Assembly (NCBI GenBank): GCA_043228905.1
Contig: JBHGNT010000020.1
Span: forward strand, 11,532,001 to 11,596,000
Reading direction: 5' to 3'
From: Azolla caroliniana
Taxonomy: Eukaryota > Plantae > Polypodiophyta
Length of the DNA: 64,000 bases
Positions 51,626 through 64,000 of this stretch are shown one piece after another. Every line of letters starts with the position of its first letter. Position 1 is the stretch's first letter. The notes under the pieces were generated by a model. It was not told the DNA's origin. It did not search any database and was given only the letters and a program-made list of their open reading frames with translations. The position numbers and the translations under genes are program-made.

Positions 51626-52889
51626 AGGGCGTCCTTCATTCTTATTTCTTGAGGTGTGAGAGTTTGAGAATTGGGTTGGTGTGACAATTTAGGGTTGGTT
51701 ATTTTTCTTCTCTCTTTAGTTGGTGGTGGTATTTAGGTTTTTGGTTCTTCGTCTTATTTATGGTGGAGATTTTAGGATTTTGTTTTTCTTCAATTTTCCT
51801 TTTAAGTGAGAGAGATCGGTGAATAGAATATCAAATGAAACAAAAAGAAGAGTATATAGGAGATCTATATCAGCAAAATGTGGCATAGTTGTTAATCATG
51901 AGGTTCTCACACCGAAACTAGAGGATTTTGCCCCTCCTACTATGACACTCTCTACCATATTTGTTGTAGTCTTTTCCACCTAGTGTAAAAGGGTTTTTGT
52001 AATTTGAAACTACTTAGAATTGTCCTTAAACTAGAACTTATTATTATTGGGTTGAAATTACAACCTCCATTATTTGAATCTACACATCCTTTATTAGTTT
52101 GAATTTGGTGTGTTTAATAGTTTATCTTAATAGCTTTTCAGCAACATTCTAAACATCTAGGTTAATTGTGGAAAAATGATAAAGGTTTTGCATGAGAAGT
52201 TCACGTGAAGGGATTTTGTGAAAGCATTATTTGAAGGGGACACACAAAGAGATATTTTGAACATTTCTCATGATCCCTTTTCCCATAGCGATCTCACAAG
52301 TGTTTCACTTGAAACCATTGCATAAAAGCTTTTCCATAGGGTTCACCCAAGGCCATTATGCAAAAGCTTTTCTTGAGTGTTTCACTCAAGGCGATTACAC
52401 AAAAGCTTTTCCCTAAGGTCATTGTGGTAACGTTTTTCTTGAATGTTTCCCTAAAATGAATACATGAAGCCAACACATGCAAAGCCAACATGTGGAAGTA
52501 ATACGAGAAGGCATCTCTCGAAGGTTTTTCTCAGATGTCTCCCCCGAAAGGAATACTCAAAGCCACCACATGAAAGTAGTACGTGAAGCAACTCGCAAAG
52601 GTTGTTCTCGAACATTTAACTCCCCGAAAGACATAAGTAACGTCAACATCCAATGGTATATACACGAAGGAGATCCACGGGACAAATACCAAGAAACATT
52701 TAACGCCCAAAAAAATCTCGAGGGCATCATCTCATTGAAGCTCTCCATCTTTTGGTGGAACAGGTCCTGAGAGAGGGTCTCGCGTGCACTTCACAAGCAT
52801 GAGCATGGTTGGGTGACAATGGAGACAACGAGTCTAAAAGAAATAAGGCGAAAGGCAGCAACACGAGACGAGCGCATGGGGTACCATGA

Positions 52890-53320
52890 CAGACACCCAG
52901 GTAGGCGACATGAGCACAAGAACAATAGGACAAACACCCAGGCAGATGACCTGAGCACAAGAACAACATGAGGGTAGACACTCATGCAAGTGACCTGGCC
53001 ACAGCAGGGCAAACACTCATGCAAGTGACCTGGTCACAAGAACAATAGGATAGACACCTAGGCAAGTGACTTGAGCACAATAACAACATGAGGGTAGCCA
53101 CTCATGCAAGTGACTTGGCCACAACAGGGCAAACACTCATGCAAGTGACCTAGCCACAAGAACAACCTGAGGGTAGACACTCATGCAAGTGACTTGGCCA
53201 CAAGAACAACAGGGCATACACCCAGGCAAAGTGACCTGACCACAAGAACAACAGGACAAACACCAAGGCAGGTGACTTGGCCATAAGAACAACAAGATAG
53301 ACACCCCAGGCAGGTGACCA
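52890..53320 (+). repeat. Minisatellite of about 35-44-bp units with a 120-bp higher-order repeat
   Basis: Core acac(t/c)ca(t/g)gcaagtgac(c/t)tg(g/a)ccacaagaacaa; 52921-53040 and 53041-53160 align end to end. Confidence 0.9.
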
Positions 53321-53429
53321 AAGTAGCATCAAGAGATAGTCACCCAAGCAGTCGACATAACCACAACAAATGCAACCAAACAAAGTGGCAACCCCACTAA
53401 TGAACTCAAGAAAAACAAAGAGAACTGAA

Positions 53430-53615
53430 AGACCAAACCAAAATCAGAAGAAAAACAGGAAAACCAAAATCAGAAGAAAAATAAAAAAACCAAAATCAGA
53501 AGAAAAACCTAAAAAAGCAAAATCAAAAGAAAAACCAAAATCAAACGAAAAACAAAAAAAACCAAAACCAAAACCAAAATCAAAATCAAAAGGAAAAAAA
53601 GCAAAATCAAAAGAG
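53430..53615 (+). repeat. A-rich low-complexity repeat (aaaaccaaaatca(g/a)aag)n
   Basis: Directly visible in the sequence. Confidence 0.85.
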
Positions 53616-53786
53616 AAACACTGCATAACATACAGCCTTTTATAGTTTAAAAAAAAAGCTCCTATTCATTAATTAGTTCATTCAGAGACGGAAAGACAGA
53701 GACAGACTTGCAGAGAAGAAACGAAGGAAAGGAAAAGGAAAGGAAAAGGAAGGAAAGAAAGGGAAGGAAAGAAAGGGAAGGAAGAT

Positions 53787-56700
53787 ATGGATCCTCTCGA
53801 TCCGCTGCGTTCTCTCATGCACTCCTCGTCTCCATCGCTCCACGCTCTCATCGTCCCTTCTGAAGATTCTCACCAGGTAGAAATCTCTCACTATTGACTA
53901 ATTAAGAGAAACAAGAAGTACAAGAAAAAGGCAATAGCCAATCCTCGATCCATTCTCGGGACCCTGATTAGCCAGTTTTCTTTGGTTCTCCTTCTATCAG
54001 CTCTGTATTGATTCTTCAGTGTGCCGTAGCTTGCTCCAGCACTTCACTTCTACACCCCTAATTTCCGTCGTCTGTATATCTATGCTCTCCCCGCATCCTG
54101 TCCTTGTTTATTCAAAGAAAATTTCTATATAGAAAACGTTTATAGCAGAAATATGTTCCCATTCAAATCGTTCTTACCAAACCTGAAGATGTCATATTTG
54201 TTGTAAATTACCTACCTTCACATCTGTATTTGTCCTGATCTTGTTATTGTAAAGTGAATTAGTTTTTTATATAATTCATCTATTTTGTTTCTATACTCTA
54301 ATTCTGTGTCTGTTGTTAGTATGTTATCTCTGATATCGTTATTATAAGTAAAGAACAAGTATTATTTTGGAAAACATCTTTATGAAACTAGATTCGCTTC
54401 AGTATTTTTTGCATTCTGATACTGTAAGTTTAGCAAAAAGAAGTTTTTTTTCATGGAAATGATCATTATGATCTATTCTCAACCCGTTGTAGTAAAGAGG
54501 ATTCTATATAGAAGTCATCCAGAATTTCACTTCTTTATTTTATGATCTTGCTTTTATACAAGTATTTACGAAAAGTTTCTGTATGACTTAATCTTACTTT
54601 TTTATTGAATTAAATGAGATGCTTTTTCCTTACAATTTAGCCAACAAGAATGTTTACTCTTCAAGTTGCTCTTATCAAATCCAAAGATGTAAAGTCAAAT
54701 ATAATCATTTAAGTTTTCCTTATCAGTTCGAACCATATGAGTTACTTGTGTGAATTAGAAATATGTTTGCATTTCTCGTTGAGTCCAATAAATTTAGTTT
54801 TCTTGTTGAATCGGAACATTTAATTTCTTGGTCTTAAATGTATAATACTTACTGTTAAATCTAATATTTTTCCCCATCCCAAAATAGAATGATTTGAGTT
54901 TTTGTTGTTAAAAGTAAAAATGGATACTAAGATAATGCACGAGAATACTCTTAATCTTGGTTTCAATTTCGTGCTTAATTTTCAGAATTGACGCATATTA
55001 CCATCCTCTAGTGGATAATGTCCTTGTTCCTTGGTTATTGACAATGTGATAATGATCTGCATTTCGTTTTTTCCTGCATGAATGTGGCGTTGCACTATTA
55101 CTAATTTTAATGATGCAGGAGCACATTACCCTTTTCTATAGTGATAATGTGCTTAGTTTGCTGTATTGGTTACTTAGTTTTCTGTTACTTATGTTCTGGC
55201 AACAATCCAGAGACATTTCCTTCATATATTGAGCTGGCACTGATATTTTATAAATTTTGAGGATCAGTTATTGAAACCTTGATTAATAAGTTCACTGAAT
55301 TCCACATCTCTTCAATAAGCTTTATTGAAGCTTAGCTCTGGAGGCAAACGTTGATTAATAATTCCACTGAACTCCACATCCCTTCAACTAGCTTTATTGA
55401 ATCTTGTAATAAGATTGAAGTTAACTATCTCTGAGGGAATAATCAAATAGAAAATTTAACCTGTACTAACTGCGACTTGAATGAACTTCATTGTTTATGA
55501 ATGTGTGCTTTTGATGGTCTCATGGTACATATATAGGCTATCTATCTGTTTTTATTAAGAGTGTTTGGAATTATTGTGTTTTATGAATTTAAGTATGATT
55601 ATCTCTTTCTCAACCTTGCTTTCTAAAGTGGTATGCTTCTTTGCTGAGATGGTAGATTGATATTTTGGATTCTTCTTTTTCAGAGTGAATATGTGGCAGA
55701 TCGTGACAGACGCCGAGCATATGTATCTGGCTTTACAGGCAGTGCTGGTAAATAAGGCCTCACTTTCATATATTTGAAATACCAATTATATACACAATAA
55801 GCAGGAAACATTAATGAGTTATTTACATAGTACAGCATTATAGTGAGACGTAAGCATTTCATTCTACTGGATTTTATGATAGATTTGTTCACTTTCCTTT
55901 GATGGATGGATGTGCGTCTAAACAAAAGCAGAATGATCATACTTTATAAATCTGTCTAGAGTGGAATTCTCTGGTATATTCCCCTTATTTCATAAGGACC
56001 AGTTCAATGACAACAATGTTTCTTTGGTTCCACATTGTGATGATAAAAGTGGCAGATCCATTCTTTCACAGATTTGCATGCTTATATATGCATGTCTCTA
56101 ATTGATGTGAAGAGATCATATGCTACACTATCACACTATGGAGCGAATGAGGTAAATATGTATCCATATCAGAGAGGCTGATTATAAATCCATACTTAGA
56201 CATTTGTAAGAAGAGGGCCTTATAGTGGGAATCTTCGTATTGAGAGGTGTGGGGCTGATCTATGTTCTTATGTTATCGCAGTAAGTAGACTGTTTATTAG
56301 ATACCATTATGACTGCTGGAATTGGGTACTGTTTTTGCGTCTCAGATGCATTTTTTATTGGATCTTCTACATGTGTGTTACCAAGGCAGGGCTAAAATTG
56401 ATGATATTCAATGAAGATTTTTGTTATCTGATTGGGTCTTCTCCATGTGCATGATCAATACAGGGCTAGCACTAATAACACATAATCAAGCATTGCTTTG
56501 GACGGATGGAAGATATTTCCTTCAAGCAGCGCAAGAATTGAGTAGTCGATGGAAGCTGATGCGTATTGGAGAAGACCCTACGGTTGAAGCATGGATTGCT
56601 GACGTAAGGCATCATCACTGTATTGGGTCTTGTTTTGTGTAGATTCATTTTTTAAGGTAGCTATGAATTGACTTCAATTTCCTATGGGTCTTCACCTGAA

Positions 56701-59700
56701 TTTCAGAACCTGGAGAAAGATGCCAACATAGGAGTTGATCCTTGGTGTGTATCAATTGAAACAGCTCAGCAATGGCAGCAAACATTTAATAAAAAAAGTC
56801 AGAAGCTTGTTCTACTTGAGAAAAATCTGGTAGATGAGATCTGGGCCGAGCGTCCCCATCCAACAATTAACCCAGTGGCAGTCCATCCTATTCAATTTGC
56901 GGGACGGACATCAATAGATAAACTTAAAGAACTTAGAGTGAAGCTTTCAGAAGCTAAAGCTGGTGCAATTGTCCTCACAGCTCTTGATGAGGTTGAGATC
57001 AAACATCTCTCTCTTCACTTAATTTAATTTAGCTTTTAATTTACAGACATTCTATAAGCTTTAAGTGGATATACTTTTAGTTTTATAGGTTACTTTGGCC
57101 TTTTGAAAACAATAATATAACATTTCATTTCTCTTTTAGATGTAATGCACTTTCCACCAAAGGTTTGATTGTTATGTGTTTACTTTCCTAGGTTGCATGG
57201 CTTTTCAATATACGAGGCTCCGATGTGTCGTACAACCCAGTTGTACATTCATATGCTGTCGTAACATCACAGGAAGCTTTCCTTTATGTTGATAAACAGA
57301 AGATTACACCAGAGGTCTATTGTTCAATCTGAGCTTTTCTACTACTTTTTTATTTGTCTTACAATTATTCTCTTATAACATTTTCTCATTTTACTGCTTT
57401 TTTTATTTCTCTTACCATTATTCTCTTATAACATTTTCTCATTCTACTACGTTTTTATTTCTCTTACAATTATTCTTTTATAACATTTTTCCCATCTCTT
57501 ATGCCCGAGATAACAGAGTTCACTATCTTTGATAGACCTATTGACTTGGCACAGATCATTCATATCTACCGTTTGAGGTGAAGATGGATGCACAAAGGAT
57601 GTATATGCTAAGAGGAAGAGTGTGCTGGCTAAATATCAATTTACCTGCGAGATAGTTAATGTTTATAGTTGTGGAGTATACAATGACATGCTAGTTTTGG
57701 TTCCTTTTGCAACCCTAGAGGATGTCACACAAGGATGGTCAAAGTCATTGCATAAAGCAGCCACAAATGCCTTTGCCGAAGTCATACAAAATAGTTGGGA
57801 TGATGAGGAATGTCGCGATGCAAGAAGATGCTTGCGATGCAAGAAGATGCTTGCGATGCAAAGTAGTTTGGTGGATCTGTACACACAAATAAGCAAGAAC
57901 AACCTCTGACGCCTCATGAAGCAGAAGAATATATATCATACTTGGCTAAAAGCACACGTGTATCGCTTGTTCCTAGGACAAGAAAGTAAAAGAGCATGGA
58001 AAGTTTAATCAGAGACAACCTATCACGTAACTGGCCTCACCTCAGGTCAGACATAAATATGTGAAGATACTATATATGACATCCCTAGGCAGCCCTCACT
58101 CCCACACCCACATGGCACACGGTCACATGAATCCACCTTTCTTACTCCACAAAGTGTAAGAAATATGATTGATCAGTTACAATTTGGAAAGGTCCAAGAT
58201 CATGATGGATTTGGAGGTGAGGACTTTTATCTATGCCTGTGACAGCTTTCATCTTTAATAGAGCTACGTGTGAAGGTTTTCCTACTAGCTGGACTGAACA
58301 TACCATTATGTTGAGCAATTATATGATAATTATGATTGGCCACTACTTGGTTACACTATGTGGTTCAATCCTAGTATCAATTTTGAGTGCAGGAGCAGAG
58401 AGGAATGGCTGCCGTTCAGTTGGACAGGCAGGCTGTCAAAAGGGAATCACAACGTTGAATCAAATATGGACCCTCTGAGTCCTTATCGAAGAGGGAATAT
58501 CCCATGGAAATAGGATTTATTGCTGCTTTATGGAGTTCCCTTTGAGGTTATACCGTACACACGGCTTATGCGGAAGCTAAAAGCCATTGATGTCCCCGTA
58601 GATAAGCAATGGGGAATCTTTGCACTGTATGAATCCGTGTTAGGGAAAGTGTGATCTTGCAATGGGTTGCCAGTGGCTGTGGCTAGCACCATTAGAGTAA
58701 AACAAGGATGCCCTCTGAGTCCTTATCGAAGAGGGAATATCCCATGGAAATAGGATTTATTGCTGCTTTATGGAGTTCCCTTTGAGGTTATACTGTACAC
58801 ACGGCTTATGTGGAAGCTAAAAGCCATTGATGTCCCCGTAGATAAGCAGTGGGGAATCTTTGCACTGTATGAATCCGTGTTAGGGAAAGTGTGATCTCGC
58901 AATGGGTTGCCGGTGGCTGGGGCTAGCACCATTAGAGTAAAACAAGGATGCCCGCTATAACCAACTGTCTTCTGTCTTTATATAGATGAGGTATCTCATT
59001 ACATAGAGAGATTAGTGGTTCAAGAGCATGCATAGTGAGTATAGCCATACAAATATTACTATATGCTGATGATTTTTTTTCCGATTCTCGGAGGAACCAC
59101 AAAGACATCTAAATGCCTTAAAATCATTCGGTACAGGTAAAGGTTTGTTGGTAACCCTAGATAAAACTAAAGTGATAATATTTAACACCAGTCAAGTATG
59201 GGTAGTGTGATCAGAATCAGAATTCTTATTGGGAGAGGAAAAAGTGGCATGCACAGAATCCTACACATTCCTGGGGGTAACATTTACATGGACTCTGTTC
59301 TCTTTACGGGAGGCTGCCTGTGTTTGACTTTCTCATGGATATGCAACCCTTGGTGTCTTTGAAAGACAATGTGCACATATATAGTTCTAAGAGACACGAA
59401 CTAAAATTGTGTCTATTTGATGCATTTTGTCACACTGCCTGAGTCTTCTCTATTCAGTATAAACTTGGGGATTGAGTCTTAACAAGGTCAATAATTGGAA
59501 TGATTCTCCACATGATAAGGAGCTAAGCATTGGTGCCCATTACACAATTTCAGATGGGAGCAGCCCCAATAATTTCCGAGGTTTTATTACAATCAGTGAC
59601 CGGAATCTGACTGCTTTGGGAGCTTCCTGAATGAAGTTATTCAAGGTTGGTACACATGTCATCAAAACAACTTACTGAACTCAGGTAATCAATGTTGGTG

Positions 59701-62700
59701 CGCTGAAACATGACAATGGTTCATCACATGGCCTAAGCATAAATGTGCGAGAAAACTTTTATGGACAGTTGTAAGATGCCAATGAGGCTAGCAGCAGCTT
59801 AACAATGATCTAAAACAATAACAATATTTTTCGTGAGGCTCAAAGCTTTCAAATACAAAAATGAGAGTAGGTTTCGTAACCCATCCATTTATGAAAGGGG
59901 ATAAATATTTTTAGGCACATAATGAGTTATAGAGGGGGAAGAGAAGAATAACAATACATTAAATGCTGTGTTGAAGTAGTGGTAAGTTCCAAAGTCAACT
60001 AATATATGCTGGAATAAAGTAAATCTAGAGAGAGAAAATGTGCAGAGAGAGAATGCAGAAGGGAGAGATCAGTTCTGGGGCTATCAGCCTCCAACACCTC
60101 CTCTCAGCTCCAGAACGATGGTCCTACATTTAGATGAGTAAGGAGTTGATCAATAGTTGTGTCCCAAGGAAGGCATAACTTCCATGAAGAAATTGTGGTA
60201 GATGAGAGTTGGAGGATGGTAATGGGCTGGTGGAGCTGTTAAGACGATACAAGCCAACTTCCTTTTTGCCACTAGCAACAATCCGTAGGTTGTTGACATC
60301 AACCACCTGCAAGTTAGAGTTATCAAAACAAAAACCATAGTCTTGATCAGTAATATGAGAAACTGAGAGTAGGAGGCACATGTAATACATCTTGAACAAT
60401 AGTTGGTTGTTGACTAGAAGAAGAACTCAAAAACACATTACACATGCATGAAGCTTCAAGTTGATGCATCTCCAATAGGAATTTGTGAATTATGTGGCTT
60501 TATATCACACAAGATAGACTTATCATAAGTCATATGACCTATGCAACCACCATCCACAATCCAATCATCAAGAGAGGAATTGTTATGGTTAGTCATTGAG
60601 GAAGAATTAGCGTTGATGCCTAAGAAAACCGTTTCTTTGGTTGTATGACTGTTGTTAGATCTAGGTGTGAGTTTGGGGTGGGTTGAGGCTGGATTCCTTT
60701 TCCCGGCAATCAGGCTGGATGTGGCCTTTACAGCCACAATAGTGACAAGTAAGCTCTTTGTGGCTGGATAATCTGTAATCTGCTCCATTATATTAGGGCT
60801 ATCAGAAACTCGAAGAATGGCTAGTTGGTTCCCCAAAGTGATCATTTGATCCTTATTGGCTTTATGATACCTTTGTTTGACGGCATCTCACAAATCTTTT
60901 GCTGTCTCATCAATGTTTGCCAAGAAATCAATGAACAACGTAAGGCTTCATGCTGAAGATCAGTTCTGTACTGTTACCTCCAACAAAATGCACTATCCCT
61001 GTTGCAATATAGCTTGAATTGTCCCCATCTAAACATGACCAAAATGTAAAAGAATAGAGAGATCTGATTGATATTATCAAATTGGATAATGGAATAACAC
61101 TGATCAGCTCCACAATATCTCTGGGTAATGGTCCACTATAAAACATACTTTTTACACACATATTCAGTGTCATAGGGCAGCTGCAAACCATCCATATCAT
61201 TAGGGGGTGGAATATGAAGAACATTATGTTTGTCATTTTACTGTTTTAGAGGGAGATACCATTGCCTCTTTAACCAATGCGTTGGCCCATTACACAAGGT
61301 AATGGAGTATGAGGGCCAACAATGCGTGGGGCTGTTCTTGCTAGAACTCAAGAGACACAGGGAGAAGTTGAAGGACAACAATACAAGCCCAGAAACTAAT
61401 CAACAAAGAGAAATCACAACTTTCTCTAGCCCCATCACTCTTACTCATGCTACAAGTCAATCAAGGGCTAGACAAATGGGCTCCTGGCCAGGAGATTGGG
61501 AAAGGGTTATGAAAAATCAGGCAATAGCAATTTGTCATTCACTTAAGGCCCAGCCTTGTGGATCATGATCTCACCCACCTTGTAATCGACAGATAAAAGC
61601 TAGTCTCTCCCATCATCACAAGTGCTTTCCTTGCATTAGAGATCTTTCCGTTCTGGATTGACCTATGCTATAAATCTTTCAAAGACAGAAATTACAATCT
61701 ATCTAACTTTTAAGATAACAGGGTTTTTTAGTCACTTTTATTTCTATTTACTTTCTACTTAATTACATTTATTTTCGTTTGCTGTGAAAGACGAGGCAAC
61801 TTTTTAAGATGTAATCTCTTGTCTATTCTTTTAGGCCATTTTGGCTTCTTAAAAGACATTAATATATATTTTCTATTTTTCTTTTTAGGTAGAGGATTAC
61901 TTGACGCAGATAGGTGTCACAGTAAAGGATTATACAGAGGTTCTGAATGATGTAATCTTGCTTACTACACTGGAAAACAAGCAAATAAATACAGGTGCCC
62001 CAAATACAGGAGCTATTGAGAATGGTGAGCAGAAACAGTTGAATCCAGAAAATAAATTTGGTCTTGTCTGGTTAAATCCTGCAAGTTGCTGTTATGCTAT
62101 CTATTCAAAGTTGAAACCCGACGAAGTCTTGCTGCAGCAATCACCTCTGACATTGGCAAAGGCATTAAAGGTTGGTTTAGTCCTTCACACTATTCAGATA
62201 TGTTGCAATAACTTTTTCTTCCATGCTTTTATGCAAATACTTCTGTTTAAATGGGTATGTCTAAATCTCATTGTGAATTTACTATTCATATTTAGTGATA
62301 CAAAATAACATCTTTCGTAGTCCGTTTTAAATTTGAGATCATGTGGTCTTCAAATATTTGTTAAACTCAGTGGGGTTGCTCAAAAGGTTTTGTAATAGGT
62401 GTGTAGCACATTTGCAAAAATTCTAGCCCAGTAAATATTTGTTAAAGCACTGTAATCTAGTTGCCAATTATGATCATAATATCTAAAAGCATGCAATCCT
62501 AGCAATACGGTAGGAAGTATAACATCTTGTTTTAAAAATCTGAGAATGATCTTATTTTTACAGCATCCTGTGGAGCTTGAAGGTTTTCGAAAGTGCCATA
62601 TACGAGATGGTGCTGCTGTGGTTTCCTATCTTACATGGTTGGATGCAAAGGTGATTCACTTGTTATTCAGTGTCATGGTGTTAGAAAGCAGCTTGTGTTG

Positions 62701-63259
62701 AATGGCCTTGCAATATGTTATGATGATAAGCCTTATATGCTTGGATGAGATCAAGACATATTTACAGTGTGGAAGTGTAATACTGCATCCGTTGTGTGAA
62801 GCAGCAAACTTCAGGCATTTATGCATGTGAAAAGCAGTACATTTTGTTTATTCGTTTGAATGATCAGGTACTCAAGAATGGTTATATAAAACAAAAATTT
62901 CTCTTTATCACAAAGTCCTGAACAGTGAGGCTTCATGATTATTAGGAGCATTCATGCTATCTCAGGGATGAAGGAAAGAAAGAAAGAAAGAAAAAAAGAA
63001 ATATTAACGCCGTTTAAGAGGCCAGAAAGGCCTATAAGACCAAACAAGAGATCTAAGTGTTGTCTCATCTTTGAGAAGAACAAACCAAAAGATTTATTTC
63101 TGAATTAGTATAATTGCTTATATATGTTCATATTGAAATTATTAGTGCATCTGAAAAGAATAACGTTTTAGATCTTTGGTTGAATGATCAGATGCAGGAA
63201 ATATATGGAGCTCCAGGTTACTTCTTGGACAATAAGAGCTCAAACAAAAAAAGACGCTT
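53787..63259 (+). CDS. APP1: Aminopeptidase P1 (Xaa-Pro aminopeptidase, M24B), 3' partial; exons 53787-53876, 55684-55747, 56464-56603, 56707-56991, 57192-57314, 61889-62170, 62564-62650, 63192-63259
   Basis: GT-AG introns keep the frame: [100 protein letters not shown]..[11 protein letters not shown]. The catalytic C-terminus lies beyond the window. Confidence 0.95.
57336..57493 (+). repeat. Three copies of an about 52-bp T-rich intronic tandem repeat
   Basis: ttctactac..ttattt(g/c)tcttacaattattctcttataacatttt repeated. Confidence 0.8.
57560..59750 (+). mobile_element. Decayed RTE-X-like LINE ORF2 in APP1 intron 5 (sense orientation)
   Basis: [52 protein letters not shown]; boundaries approximate. 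Confidence 0.85.
58471..58950 (+). repeat. 240-bp tandem duplication inside the intronic LINE RT
   Basis: 58471-58710 and 58711-58950 are nearly identical. Confidence 0.95.
59969..61240 (-). mobile_element. Internally deleted Copia remnant within APP1 intron 5
   Basis: Protease [12 protein letters not shown] and [22 protein letters not shown], then PPT gagaggagg abutting a putative short LTR (59969-60096, TGTTG..CAACA). No matching 5' LTR was seen. Confidence 0.72.
61786..61886 (+). mobile_element. LINE 3' terminus (hairpin plus pyrimidine tail) abutting the APP1 exon 6 acceptor
   Basis: aaagacgaggcaac..gatgtaatctcttg..taggccattttggcttcttaaaagacattaatatatattttctatttttcttttt-AG. Confidence 0.78.
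62971..63080 (-). mobile_element. Antisense LINE 3' terminus in APP1 intron 7
   Basis: Reverse complement: caaagatgagacaac..atctcttgtttggtcttataggcctttctggcctcttaaacggcgttaata followed by (TTTC)n. Confidence 0.8.
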
Positions 63260-64000
63260 GTAAGATAATTCATGCATATAAAATTACAGTTATGGATTTT
63301 CTCATATTTTGCTGGCTTAGATCGTATGGCATATCTGCATTGTAGTGTATGTTGAATAGTCTATCGCTGAGGTTTGTTGATGTCATACATCTTCATAGAT
63401 TCTTGAAAAACAGAAGTTTTAGGACATAATATTTATTCTTGTGGTTAACTCTTTTAAGAATTACCTTTCCTAAATGAGTTCCACTTTATTCCTTAGCATA
63501 TCTGAACTTTGTTCTGAGTACTGAAACTGTTAGAAATATTGAGAATCGATTAGATAGGTCTATAGAGTTACAACCACAGAGATGGATATATGAAAACAAA
63601 ACTTCTATTACATATGAGAGTAGCTCACAATGGTAGTTCACCCATGCGCTCACACCTTAGAGCTTAGATGGGATCTGAACCAGCTCACTACAAAATTAGT
63701 GGGGACTGATGATCAATCCAACCACTGTGTAAGAAAGTGGATTATATTCTATGTTTGGTCTGAGCATAACATTAAATGTGCAAGTCAGTTGATAATAGTG
63801 GAGATATTCCTTTTCTGTCAACTGACTTGTCATTTAATATGACCCAATTCCCTAGATACAGGCTAGTGCTAGATAGTACTTATCTTGAAGTCAATGGCAC
63901 ATACTTCAAGACCAAGTACATTGTAACTTGCCCACAAAATATTCTAGTTGACTTGATTAGCCAATCCTATTACCTATTTCTCTCTTTCCTAAATCCATTA

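Noticed and set aside
51596-51695. TTTAGGG telomere-like motifs
   Set aside because: Isolated single copies, not an array.
52890-53320. CRISPR-like array
   Set aside because: Inter-core segments are related to each other rather than unique spacers, there are no cas genes, and the context is eukaryotic.
53370-53645. Lys-rich histone-H1-like ORF
   Set aside because: Translation of an A-rich repeat; no globular domain.
55279-55400. About 72-bp-period intronic duplication in APP1 intron 1
   Set aside because: Two diverged copies only, with no structural or functional signal.

Overview
AT-rich, intron-containing eukaryotic DNA. The gene and transposon content suggests a land plant, probably a non-seed plant such as a fern (inference). 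Two + strand host genes were reconstructed with GT-AG introns: a RING-H2 E3 ubiquitin ligase of the CTL/MBR/RHG1A type (CDS 18052-21915, 5 coding exons, about 696 aa) and aminopeptidase P1 (CDS from 53787, 8 exons in the window, running off the right end). Most of the rest is decayed retrotransposon. At the left is a near-complete RTE-X-like LINE (1-4678). From about 22.6 to 44 kb is a five-level nest: a minus-strand L1 fossil > Copia A > solo LTR B > solo LTR C > a full-length Ty3/Gypsy, with a second Copia (E) inserted in the same L1. Further LINE, chromovirus and Copia remnants follow. I found no prokaryotic-type system, CRISPR array or RNA gene, and no evidence for a new multi-gene system. 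The best leads are: (i) the tRNA-Trp-primed, 4-bp-TSD Gypsy with a fungal-like RT; (ii) a perfect 56-bp palindrome in Copia E gag built from that element's own 5' LTR; (iii) a covarying 3' stem-loop plus microsatellite tail shared by five LINE ends, one of which forms an APP1 splice acceptor; (iv) a LINE RT fragment captured inside a (TACA)n tract; (v) a ~335-bp ATC/TTC triplet tract just behind a putative donor site upstream of the RING gene. All coordinates and alignments were read by eye and no database search was run.
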